A stretch of 62,555 nt of DNA, from positions 1 to 62,555 of the forward strand of contig NYZE01000144.1 in assembly GCA_002685965.1 (NCBI GenBank). Reading direction: 5' to 3'. Both the position numbers and the translations under genes were made by a program. The stretch comes from Planctomycetota bacterium. GTDB taxonomy: Bacteria > Planctomycetota > UBA1135 > GCA-002748355. Shown here piece by piece: positions 39,192-48,146 of the stretch (positions within the stretch are counted from its first letter, which is position 1; every line of letters starts with the position of its first letter). Under the pieces are notes generated by a model. The model made no database searches and had not been told where the DNA came from. It saw nothing but the letters and a program-made list of their open reading frames with translations.

Positions 39192-41075
39192 GTGCTGGCC
39201 CTCCTCTGTACGGTCGCAGTCGTCGCGGCGCAGCCGCCCGCAGCCCAGGACGAGGTTGCGCAGGAGCGGTCGGTCGAGACCAACCGGCCGAACATCCTCT
39301 GGATCACGTGCGAGGATATCTCGGCGCACCTCGGTTCGTACGGCTGCGCTGACGCGATCACGCCAGCACTCGATCGCCTCGCCGCCGAAGGCGTGCGCTA
39401 CAGCCAGGCCTTCGCGCCGATCGGCGTCTGCGCGCCGGCGCGTTCGTGCTTGATCACGGGCATGTACCCGAACTCGATCGGCACGCAGCACATGCGCTGT
39501 CGTGGCCGCTGGCCTGCCGGGGTGCGCGGGTTTCCGGCCTGGCTGCGTGACACGGGCTACTTCACGAGCAACCGGCGCAAGACCGACTACAACTTGCCGG
39601 TGCCGCAAGACGCGTGGGATCGCAACGGCGGCAAAGCACATTGGCGCCAGCGCAAGGCCGGCCAGCCCTTCTTCAGCGTCATCAACTTCACGACGACACA
39701 CGAGAGTGGCATTCGGCTGGCGAGCAATCGCTTCGCCAAGCGCACGAGTCAGCTGGCGCCACACGAGCGTCGTGACCCGACCAGCATCGCCATCCCTCCA
39801 TACCATCCCGACCTGCCCGCGGTGCGCCGCGACTGGGCCAACTACCACGAGCTCATAACGGCGCTCGACAAGCAAGTGGCCGAGGTGGTCGAGCAGCTCG
39901 CTGACGACGGGCTCGCTGACGATACGATCGTCTTCTTCTTCTCGGATCACGGCGCCGGCATGCCGCGCAGCAAGCGCTGGTTGTTCGACTCGGGCATGCA
40001 CGTTCCGTTGATCGTGCGCTTCGGCAAGAATGTGGCACATCTCGCACCGAGCGGCGCGGGAACGACGAGCAAACGGCTCGTGAGCTTTGTCGATTTCGCC
40101 GCGACCGTGCTCAGTCTCGGCGGCGTCGAGGTTCCCGACTACATGCAGGGCGTTCCCTTCCTCGGCGCATCGCAGAGCGCGCCACGCCGCTACGTTCACG
40201 GTTTCCGTGGTCGCATGGACGAACGCTTCGACATGCAGCGAGCGGTTCGCGACGAGCGTTACAAGTACATTCGCAACTTCCGCCCGCACCGCAGGTGGGC
40301 GCAGCACATCGACTACATGTGGCAGATGCCGACGATGCGTGCGTGGCAGCGACTCATGCAGGAAGGGAGAGGCACGACCGAGCAACGACGGTTCTTTGCG
40401 ACCAAGCCGATCGAGGAACTCTACGACACCTGGGCCGACCCGCACGAGTTGAACAACCTGGCTGCACGTCCGGACCACGCGCTTTCGCTTATCCGATTGC
40501 GCGGGGAGCTTGCGCGGTGGATGCACCAGGTCGTCGACCTCGGCTTGCTGCCCGAGGCGGAGCTTCGCCGTCGCTATGCCGGGCGCTCCGAGTACGACGC
40601 CGTGCGAGCAGACCCGGCGTCCTATCCGCTTGCAGAGCTTTTGGACGCGGCTCGTCTCGTCGATCCCGCTGCGAGCGACGGCGGGGACGTCGATAACCGA
40701 CTGCATGCGCTGATCGTGCACGCCGACCCCGCGATGCGCTGGTGGGGTTGGACCGCGATTGCCGCGCGAGTCCAATCGTCGAGCAAGAGTTGGATCGAGT
40801 CGGCGAGAAAAGCGCTCACCGACCCCTCGCCGACCGTGCGCATCGCGGCAGCCGAAGCCCTGTGCCGCCTCGGCCATCCCAGCGAGACGCTGCCAACGTT
40901 GCTGGCTGCAACTCACGGGGAGAGCGAGTGGGATGCTCTACGTGCGCTGACGCTCGCAGACCGGCTCGATGGTGCTGCCGAGTCGATGCGCACGGTGTTC
41001 GAGAAGCTCGCGGCGTCAAAGACCAAGTACTTGGCGCGCGTGGCCAAGAAGGCGCTGGCCGATCTCGACCGCTAG
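39192..41075 (+). CDS. Sulfatase (Cys-type) with C-terminal HEAT-like repeats; 5' end uncertain
   Basis: PNILWITCED, CAPAR (CxPxR), FFSDHG, EELYD...DPHE, then ALTDPSPTVRIAAAEAL HEAT repeat. Confidence 0.9.
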   Translation: MLALLCTVAVVAAQPPAAQDEVAQERSVETNRPNILWITCEDISAHLGSYGCADAITPALDRLAAEGVRYSQAFAPIGVCAPARSCLITGMYPNSIGTQHMRCRGRWPAGVRGFPAWLRDTGYFTSNRRKTDYNLPVPQDAWDRNGGKAHWRQRKAGQPFFSVINFTTTHESGIRLASNRFAKRTSQLAPHERRDPTSIAIPPYHPDLPAVRRDWANYHELITALDKQVAEVVEQLADDGLADDTIVFFFSDHGAGMPRSKRWLFDSGMHVPLIVRFGKNVAHLAPSGAGTTSKRLVSFVDFAATVLSLGGVEVPDYMQGVPFLGASQSAPRRYVHGFRGRMDERFDMQRAVRDERYKYIRNFRPHRRWAQHIDYMWQMPTMRAWQRLMQEGRGTTEQRRFFATKPIEELYDTWADPHELNNLAARPDHALSLIRLRGELARWMHQVVDLGLLPEAELRRRYAGRSEYDAVRADPASYPLAELLDAARLVDPAASDGGDVDNRLHALIVHADPAMRWWGWTAIAARVQSSSKSWIESARKALTDPSPTVRIAAAEALCRLGHPSETLPTLLAATHGESEWDALRALTLADRLDGAAESMRTVFEKLAASKTKYLARVAKKALADLDR

Positions 41076-41130
41076 GGGTCACCCCACCAGCCTCGTTGAT
41101 CGGCCCAGCGCGGACTGAGAAGAGGTGGGC

Positions 41131-41164
41131 AAAGCCGTTGCGGTCGACCTCGACGCGGCTTTTT
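41131..41164 (+). terminator. Putative intrinsic terminator downstream of the sulfatase gene
   Basis: AAAGCCG...GTCGA-CC-TCGAC...CGGCTTTTT hairpin ending in a T-run. Confidence 0.45.
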
Positions 41165-41339
41165 CCTCGAGCCTGGCCAACATCGTCAGGACGATGTTGT
41201 ATGCCCAGTCCTGGCCTGCCGCCTGCGCGGCGTTGTGCCCGGGCCCGGCCAGCCCTACGAGAGGGCAACGGACGACGAGCAAGACTCAGTGGTCCACGGT
41301 GTCTGACACCGTGGACAAGCAGACCTGCCCGGAAGAGAC

Positions 41340-42251
41340 ATGAAAAAGAAGCCGAAGGCCAAGCGAGTGGTGGGCAGGCGTCCAACTGGGGCGCCGCGGA
41401 CCCCGAAGAAGCGGCCCGCGACGCGAGTGAAGCCCACGGAGGCCAAAGCGCCGAAGGGCTCGATTTGGTCGGACGTGCTCAAGACGGCCCAGGAGGAGCC
41501 GCGTACGGATGCAGGGCTGGTCCGCCTCAACGCGTATTTGGCGCGGTGCGGAGCCGCGTCTCGGCGCGGCTCGGATGAGCTGATTTCCGAGCGTCGCGTC
41601 ACGATCAACGGCGAGACCATCACCAGCCTCGGCGTCAAGGTAGACCCCCTGCGCGACACGGTCGCCGTCGACGGGGAGGCGCTCAAGCCCGAGAAGCCGG
41701 TCTACGTTCTCTTGCACAAACCCAAGGGGGTCGTGTGCACGAACTCGCCGCGCGAGCAGAAGCAGCGCGCGATCGACCTCTTGATTGGCGTCAAGGGGCG
41801 CGTGTTCCCGGTCGGACGGCTCGACGCCGACTCAGAAGGCCTCCTGATCCTGACCAACGATGGGGGGTTTGCTGACCGTCTCATGCACCCGCGCTACGGC
41901 GTGCCGAAGGTCTACAAGGCAACTCTGCGCGGTCGCATCGACCCGAAGACCACCGACAAGGCGCGTGGTGGAGTGTGGCTCGCCGAGGGCCGCACCGGCA
42001 CTGCGCGAATCGCTGTCAAACGACGCACCAAAGACCGCAGCTTCGTCGAGGTGACGATCCGCGAAGGCAGGAACCGAGAGATCCGTCGGGTGTTCGCCGG
42101 TCTCGGCTTTCCGGTGATCAAGCTCGAGCGGCTACGCATTGGCCGCCTCACGCTGCGCGGCCTTGGCCGTGGCAAATGGCGCTTCTTGACGCGTGGGGAA
42201 GTGCGCGATCTGTTGGCCACGGCGGGTGAGAACGAGGCAGCCACCCTGTAG
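41340..42251 (+). CDS. rluB: 23S rRNA pseudouridine synthase (RluB/RsuA family)
   Basis: S4 domain (RLNAYLARCGAASRR), VGRLDADSEGLLILTNDG and EGRNREIRR. Confidence 0.88.
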   Translation: MKKKPKAKRVVGRRPTGAPRTPKKRPATRVKPTEAKAPKGSIWSDVLKTAQEEPRTDAGLVRLNAYLARCGAASRRGSDELISERRVTINGETITSLGVKVDPLRDTVAVDGEALKPEKPVYVLLHKPKGVVCTNSPREQKQRAIDLLIGVKGRVFPVGRLDADSEGLLILTNDGGFADRLMHPRYGVPKVYKATLRGRIDPKTTDKARGGVWLAEGRTGTARIAVKRRTKDRSFVEVTIREGRNREIRRVFAGLGFPVIKLERLRIGRLTLRGLGRGKWRFLTRGEVRDLLATAGENEAATL

Positions 42252-42261
42252 CCTTGGCCCG

Positions 42262-43554
42262 ATGACCGCGACCGACACGCTGCCTGTCCGCGGCCTCATG
42301 CGCGACGTCACGCACGAGGTTTTAGACAACGGGCTGCGTGTCTTCCTCGTGGAATCGCGCGAGCTGCCCGTGGTTTCGCACATGATCTGGTACACGGTCG
42401 GCGCGCGCGATGAACGTACCGGCGAGACCGGGCTCTCGCACTTCCTCGAACACATGATGTTCAAGGGCACGGCGGACTACCCGAAGGGCACGATCGATGC
42501 GATCACGGCCCGGCTCGGTGGACACAACAACGCGTTCACGGACAGCGACTGCACGGCTTACTACTTCAACCTGAAGAGCGATCGTTGGACCGAAGCACTC
42601 GCAATCGAAGCGAGTCGCATGCAGGGCTGCTTGCTGGATCAGGTGGAGTTCGAGTCCGAGAAGAAGGTCGTCATCGAAGAGCTGCAGATGGGCGAGGATG
42701 AGCCCTGGCGCCCGCTCTGGCAAGGTGTCGAGTCGATGGCCTTTCGCGTGCATCCATACCGCCACCCGATCATCGGTTGGCGTGAGGAGTTGGAGCGCTT
42801 GCAGCGCGACACGATGGAAGGCTACTACCGGCGCCACTACACGCCCGACCGAGCGGTCCTCGTCGTCGTCGGAGACATCGATGCAAGCGAGGGGATGGCG
42901 CGCATTCAGGAGCAGCTCGGCGGCATTCCGCGCGCACCGGCGCCGCGCGCCGACGTCCTGCAGGAGCCGCCGCAGACCGGCGAGCGTCGGATCACTGTCC
43001 GCTTCAATGGCAACATGGTCCGCTGTGCGATTGCCTGGCACACCTGCAAGGTCGGCGACCGAGCGGATCCGGTCCTCGACCTCGCGAGTCAGCTGTTGTC
43101 CGGTGGCAAGGCGGCACGTCTCTACCGACACTTGATCCAGGGGCGCGAGATCGCTGCCGAGGTGCAGGCCTACAACGAAGCTCGGCTCGACCCCGGACTG
43201 TTCTGGGTGATCGCCGAAGGCAAGCCGCAGACAAAGCCCGAGGATCTGGAGGCCGCGATTCTCGAGGAGATCAACCGGTTCGCCAGCGAGGGTCCCACAG
43301 CACGTGAGCTCAAGCGTGCACGCAAACAGATCCTGACGTCGTTCTGGTTCGACCTGGAGACGGTGCAGAGCCAGGCCATGCGGCTCGGTCGCTACGAAGC
43401 GACGTGTGAGGACGGTTGGAAAGTGTTGCAGGACTACCCGGCTCAGCTCGAAACGATCACCGCCAAGGAGATTCGCGACACGGTGAAGCGCTTCCTGCAC
43501 GACGACAACAAGACGACGGGCTGGTCGCTGCCGCGGAACGGATCGAACAGTTGA
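42262..43554 (+). CDS. M16 family zinc peptidase (active subunit)
   Basis: GLSHFLEHMMFKG (HxxEH), NAFT, HPYRHPIIG. Start moved to ATG 42262. Confidence 0.92.
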   Translation: MTATDTLPVRGLMRDVTHEVLDNGLRVFLVESRELPVVSHMIWYTVGARDERTGETGLSHFLEHMMFKGTADYPKGTIDAITARLGGHNNAFTDSDCTAYYFNLKSDRWTEALAIEASRMQGCLLDQVEFESEKKVVIEELQMGEDEPWRPLWQGVESMAFRVHPYRHPIIGWREELERLQRDTMEGYYRRHYTPDRAVLVVVGDIDASEGMARIQEQLGGIPRAPAPRADVLQEPPQTGERRITVRFNGNMVRCAIAWHTCKVGDRADPVLDLASQLLSGGKAARLYRHLIQGREIAAEVQAYNEARLDPGLFWVIAEGKPQTKPEDLEAAILEEINRFASEGPTARELKRARKQILTSFWFDLETVQSQAMRLGRYEATCEDGWKVLQDYPAQLETITAKEIRDTVKRFLHDDNKTTGWSLPRNGSNS

Positions 43555-44795
43555 AGCTCCATGTTCGGCGGCGGCGGCTCCGCAGTGGTTTGACGCTCTT
43601 GGCCGCGCAGACACGTGCGGCACCGACGCTGGCCGTCGCATGTTCGTTCGAGATCAATCAGTTGAACGAGCGGCCGCAGGACGCAGGAATCGCCAACCTA
43701 GTCGGCGACACGCTGGACGAGGGGACCGAACGTTGGTCGGGCGACGAACTTGCGGAGTTGGTCGAGGGCCTCGGTGGCTACTTGCGCGTCGGCGCCAATG
43801 GCGCGGCGCTGCAAGTGGCGGCGCACGACGCCAAGCAAGCGGTCGCCATCCTGAAGGAAGTCGCGCTGCGGCCGAAGTTCCCGGCCAAGGCCTTCAGACG
43901 GGCGCGCGCGCTGACAATCTCCGACCTCGAGTCCGAGCTCGATGACCCGCGTGCCGTAGCTGGTAAGCGGTTCCGCGCGCTCGTCTACGGCGACCACCCG
44001 TACGCACGCGAGCCCAAGGGCAGTATCGAGACGCTCGATTCATTGACGCCAGCCAAGCTAAAGCGCTTCCACGAGAAGTGGTACACGCCGGACAACGCCC
44101 TGTGTGTCGCGGTCGGAGCCGAGGACCCTGAAGCCCTCTTGGATCTGCTCGAGAAGACGTTCAAATCGTGGAAGGGCGAGGTCGCGCCGGTGTCCGAGGC
44201 ACCGGAGCTGTTGCGACCGAACGGGGTCGTCGCCGAACACATCGTCTACGACCGCGCGCAGGTGCAGGTCTTCCTCGGTCATGCCGGGATCAGACGCTCG
44301 CACCCCGACTACTATCGCTTGATGGTCATGGACCACGTGCTCGGCACGGGTCCCGGCTTCACGAGTCGTATCGCCCGTTCGTTGCGTGATGAACAGGGTC
44401 TCTGCTATGCGGTCGGCGCTGGCATCACGGGTTCGGCCGGCCGCGAGCCGGGCATGTTCCAGGCCTATATCGGGACTTCGCCCGGCCAGGAGGAGACCGC
44501 GATCGACGGCTTCCTGACCGAGATGCGACGCATTCGCATGGAGTCCCCGACTGAGCCCGAACTGGCCGACGTGAAGGCGTACCTGACCGGTTCGTATGTC
44601 TGGGCCATGGAGCGTAACGCCAACCTCGCCAACTTCCTCGTGCGCGCCGAGCGCTTCGACCTCGGCGATGACTTCGTCGAACGGTTCCCCGACTTCGTCA
44701 ACTCGGTCACGGTCGACGAAGTGCGAGCCGTTGCCGAGGAACACCTGGACCCGGACAACTACTACCTGGTGACGCTCGGGCCGAAGGCGGCGTGA
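43551..44795 (+). CDS. M16 family peptidase, non-catalytic partner subunit
   Basis: GIANLVGDTL replaces HxxEH; HPY, WYTPDN and SRIARSLRDEQGLCY (R/Y pair). TTG start overlaps the upstream stop. Confidence 0.88.
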   Translation: MKLHVRRRRLRSGLTLLAAQTRAAPTLAVACSFEINQLNERPQDAGIANLVGDTLDEGTERWSGDELAELVEGLGGYLRVGANGAALQVAAHDAKQAVAILKEVALRPKFPAKAFRRARALTISDLESELDDPRAVAGKRFRALVYGDHPYAREPKGSIETLDSLTPAKLKRFHEKWYTPDNALCVAVGAEDPEALLDLLEKTFKSWKGEVAPVSEAPELLRPNGVVAEHIVYDRAQVQVFLGHAGIRRSHPDYYRLMVMDHVLGTGPGFTSRIARSLRDEQGLCYAVGAGITGSAGREPGMFQAYIGTSPGQEETAIDGFLTEMRRIRMESPTEPELADVKAYLTGSYVWAMERNANLANFLVRAERFDLGDDFVERFPDFVNSVTVDEVRAVAEEHLDPDNYYLVTLGPKAA

Positions 44796-44805
44796 GTTCC
44801 GCTCA

Positions 44806-45894
44806 CTAAGCCTTGTCGTAGCGAATCGCGTGCCCGAACAGGTACGTGATGGCCGGTACCCCGAGCAGCAGGCCCCAGATGCCGGCGAGCTCGTGGCCTA
44901 CCAAGAGGACTATCATCACGACCACCGGGTTGAGCTTGAGGTGGGTGCCGAAGATCAGCGGGTTGAGGACGTAGCCTTCGACGATGTGCACGACGGCGAT
45001 CATGCCGATGGCGAGCAGGACGAGGCTGATTCCGGAGTGATCGAGGGTGACGATGCAGATCGGTAACGTCGAGATGAAGACGCCGGCAACCGGGATGAAC
45101 GAGCAGACAAAAACCACGCCCGAGAGGAATGCGATCTGGGGGATGCCGAGGAACAACATGCCTGTCGCTGTCAGCGCCGTGTTGATGATGGCGATCAGCA
45201 GTTGCGCCTCAAGGAAACGCCCGAGTACTTGGGCGAAGCGAAACACGGTCGTCGAGACTTCGTCGTAGAAGTGTCGTAAGCGGGTCTTCTTGAGGGACTC
45301 TATGCCGCGCGCCATGCGCGGCAGGTCGGCGACGACGAGGAACGCAAACAGCATCGACAACAAGAACGTCGTCGTCGCGGAAGCGGCGTTGCGGAAGATG
45401 CCGAGCAGGAGTCCCCAGGTTTCGTGAAAGCTCGTGCTGGGATCCACCTCTTTGCTCTTGCCGAGGAGCTCACCGAGAATGTCCTTCGCATGGACTTCGT
45501 CGAGCATGTCTTTCATGAACGGGCTAGATGCGCGCTGCTTGTCGAGGAAGTCATTGATGGCTGCCTCGTGCTTGCCCGCGTTCTGAATGAACGAAACAGC
45601 TTGGTTCTTCAACTGTGGGCTGAGCAGCGTCGCCGTCAGCCCGATCACGCCGATCATCGTCAGGAAGACGATCGCAGTGCGCCAACGACGCGACTTGACC
45701 CAGTGCGCGATTCCTTCGACGCCGTGTTCGGCGACGTAGGCGAACACGAAGGTCAGGAACACGAGCGGCAGGAAGTGGCGAAATACCCAAAGGAGCGCGA
45801 AGAACGTGCCCCAGATCAGCGCACGTTTGGCCAACGGGATGAGGTAGTTCCAGGGCGCAGGGAACTCCGACGGATCTTGCACGGTGTCCGACAT
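44806..45894 (-). CDS. AI-2E family transporter
   Basis: SFIPVAG, EGYVLNPLIFG...LNP and GIWGLLLGVP; multiple TM helices. Confidence 0.9.
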   Translation of the reverse strand: MSDTVQDPSEFPAPWNYLIPLAKRALIWGTFFALLWVFRHFLPLVFLTFVFAYVAEHGVEGIAHWVKSRRWRTAIVFLTMIGVIGLTATLLSPQLKNQAVSFIQNAGKHEAAINDFLDKQRASSPFMKDMLDEVHAKDILGELLGKSKEVDPSTSFHETWGLLLGIFRNAASATTTFLLSMLFAFLVVADLPRMARGIESLKKTRLRHFYDEVSTTVFRFAQVLGRFLEAQLLIAIINTALTATGMLFLGIPQIAFLSGVVFVCSFIPVAGVFISTLPICIVTLDHSGISLVLLAIGMIAVVHIVEGYVLNPLIFGTHLKLNPVVVMIVLLVGHELAGIWGLLLGVPAITYLFGHAIRYDKA

Positions 45895-45899
45895 GGTGG

Positions 45900-48008
45900 T
45901 CAGTCTGAGCCTCCGGTGGCTCGAAACCAGCCAACTGTGGAGCGGGCGCCCGGTCGGGCGAAGAAGTAGTAGACGCGCTTGGCTCGGGACATGCGGAGAT
46001 CGGGGGTGAAGGCGGCCAGGACGGCAGCGGGTACCTGGATGCCGGTCTCGGCCAGGCGGATCGAAGTGCCGTAGCCGGGACCAAGTAGGACCAGCGTGAC
46101 GTCATCGCCACGCGGGCGGGGCAAGCCCAGTTCGCTGCCGAACGGCATGGGCGCGCCGTCAATCAACGGCACTTCAATCCTGCCGACGCGCGGCAGCACC
46201 TCGAGTCCGAGGACCGCATCTTCGCCAACGCCGGTGACTTCGAAACCCGTCACGCCGACGCGTGACAGCAGGAGCAGCCGCACGTCGTGACTGAGGTCGA
46301 CCTCGAAGGTCCTGGTGTCGCCGTTCTGTTGACCGTCCGCGAAGTTGACGGCGCGCAGGTCGGGCTTGGTGGGCAAGAGCGTGTTCCAGAGTAGAGTGCC
46401 GCGCTGCACGTCGGCTCGTGTCCTGATGCGCACTACCTCGAAGTTGGCGGACGATGTCGCGCCGCCGCGAAAGTCGAAGCGGGCGCTCGAACCGTTGCGG
46501 ACGACGGCGAGGTCTTGTTGGCCCGGTACCTGCGGATTGCGTTCGAACCGACCGACCGTTGGCTGCCAGGACACGAAGTTCCGGGCGCCAGTAGCGGCCC
46601 GCATTGCTCGCCATACCGCGGCGTCGTTGCGCAGTGCCGACTTCGGTGATCGATCTTCGAACACGTAGTTCATGACGACGACGGGACGGTCGACATCGGC
46701 GTAGGGTCGCTGCGCCAGGACGTGTACGCCGCCATTCCAGATGACACCGAGTCCGTTCGGTGCGTCTTTCGGGTGTGACAGCACGACCAGCGGTTGGTCG
46801 GGAGTCACGTCTTCCGCGTAGGCGATGAGCTGCGACTGCACACTCTCGAGGAAGTGGGCCGCTTCGGCTTCGCGTGAAAGTAGCGTGCGCGTCACCGGCA
46901 CAAACGACACGATCCATGCAGCCTGGATCAGCAATGCGCCCTTGGCGAGGCGGCTCTTCGCACGGTCGCGCCACAGCACAACCGTCAGTAGCAACGCCAG
47001 GCTGACCGTGACCGGGTGCACGATGCGGATGCCTTGTAGGTCAGGCCACACCGCAAAAGCGCCGCTCGGTATGAAGTGGGCGAGGATCCAAACGGTACCG
47101 GCGCCGAGCATGGCGAGGCGCGCGCGATTGCTCGCCGCATACGCGAGCACGGTCGTACCGAGTGCGACCGATAGCCATAGCCCCGTGTGTTGTGCGAGCG
47201 GTGCTGCGAAAGGCGAAACCAGGGCCGTGAGCTTGCTCGGCACCGTTGCCGGGTAATGCGTGATCGCTTCGCCCAGGGCGTCACTCGAGCCGCGCGAGAT
47301 GGCGAGGAAGCGGGCCACGACGTAGCCGAGGCCGAGCAGGACGAAGGGTGCTTGTCGTTTGATCAGACTCGACAAGGCGCCGCGACGCACGACGAGATCG
47401 AGTGCGATCAGCGACAGCGGCGTGACGACCGACGTTTCCAGCGTCGCCAAGCCGAGCACACAGAACACGAAGGCGCCCAGGTAGGCGGCGCGCCGACCGG
47501 AGCTCAGGTAGCCGACGAAGCACGCAAGACAAGACAGGCGTAGACACGTTTCCAGGCCCGCGTTGATCGCCGCCACCCAGCCAACAACTTCGCCCTGACA
47601 TGGGTGCAGCGCGAACATTGCTCCACCGAGCACGGCGGCGATGCGCTGCCCGTTGCTCAGGCGCAGGCACAGCCACGCGCACAAGGTGCTCGAGATGAGA
47701 TGTAACACGAGGTTCGCGGCGTGAAACACCGTCGACGCGCCGCCACCGAGCGACAGCAGCGCGCCGTAGGCGACCGCGACGAGGGGACGGTATTGCATCG
47801 TGCCGGCGCGCCACGACACGTCGACGAACTCGTTGCCGATCCGACTCCACGCCACGTCGACGCGATCCTGGTTGGTGTCGAGGAAGGGGTTGAACAGCAG
47901 GTCGTCAGCGCGATACCAACCGTCGAGAGCGGGCGCGAGGATGAAGACCGCGACCAGACCTGGGATCAGCAGGGACACCGCGTCGAGGAGAGGGGACTTC
48001 GAACTCAC
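45900..48008 (-). CDS. Polytopic membrane protein, GT-C glycosyltransferase-like (PMT/TMTC-type N-terminus), with C-terminal soluble domain
   Basis: YRADD first-loop acidic pair, YRPL, FHAANLVLH, FALHP...EVVGW. Start moved to GTG 48008 because the track extension is antisense to the next gene. Confidence 0.65.
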   Translation of the reverse strand: MSSKSPLLDAVSLLIPGLVAVFILAPALDGWYRADDLLFNPFLDTNQDRVDVAWSRIGNEFVDVSWRAGTMQYRPLVAVAYGALLSLGGGASTVFHAANLVLHLISSTLCAWLCLRLSNGQRIAAVLGGAMFALHPCQGEVVGWVAAINAGLETCLRLSCLACFVGYLSSGRRAAYLGAFVFCVLGLATLETSVVTPLSLIALDLVVRRGALSSLIKRQAPFVLLGLGYVVARFLAISRGSSDALGEAITHYPATVPSKLTALVSPFAAPLAQHTGLWLSVALGTTVLAYAASNRARLAMLGAGTVWILAHFIPSGAFAVWPDLQGIRIVHPVTVSLALLLTVVLWRDRAKSRLAKGALLIQAAWIVSFVPVTRTLLSREAEAAHFLESVQSQLIAYAEDVTPDQPLVVLSHPKDAPNGLGVIWNGGVHVLAQRPYADVDRPVVVMNYVFEDRSPKSALRNDAAVWRAMRAATGARNFVSWQPTVGRFERNPQVPGQQDLAVVRNGSSARFDFRGGATSSANFEVVRIRTRADVQRGTLLWNTLLPTKPDLRAVNFADGQQNGDTRTFEVDLSHDVRLLLLSRVGVTGFEVTGVGEDAVLGLEVLPRVGRIEVPLIDGAPMPFGSELGLPRPRGDDVTLVLLGPGYGTSIRLAETGIQVPAAVLAAFTPDLRMSRAKRVYYFFARPGARSTVGWFRATGGSD

Positions 48009-48146
48009 GCCAGGAGGAAGACTATAGGCCCCAGAGTGCTTCCTGAACTCTCCTGTGCTCGTTGTCGTTGTGGTGGTCCTTCGACAGCCGATACGTTCCC
48101 CTGTAGCCTCACCGCCTGAGACGCACTCTCGAGCTGCTAGCAACTG

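Noticed and set aside
38910-40916. 668-aa ORF antisense to the sulfatase (also 1613-2890, 42322-43641, 60044-61291 and many others)
   Set aside because: Shadow ORFs expected from high-GC codon bias; no motifs, and they fully overlap well-supported genes.
41079-41343. Small ORFs 41079-41282 (-) and 41125-41343 (+)
   Set aside because: No recognisable motifs or convincing start signals; the region is better explained by inverted repeats.
42262-44795. Active/inactive M16 peptidase pair as a novel system
   Set aside because: This is the well-known heterodimeric M16B arrangement.
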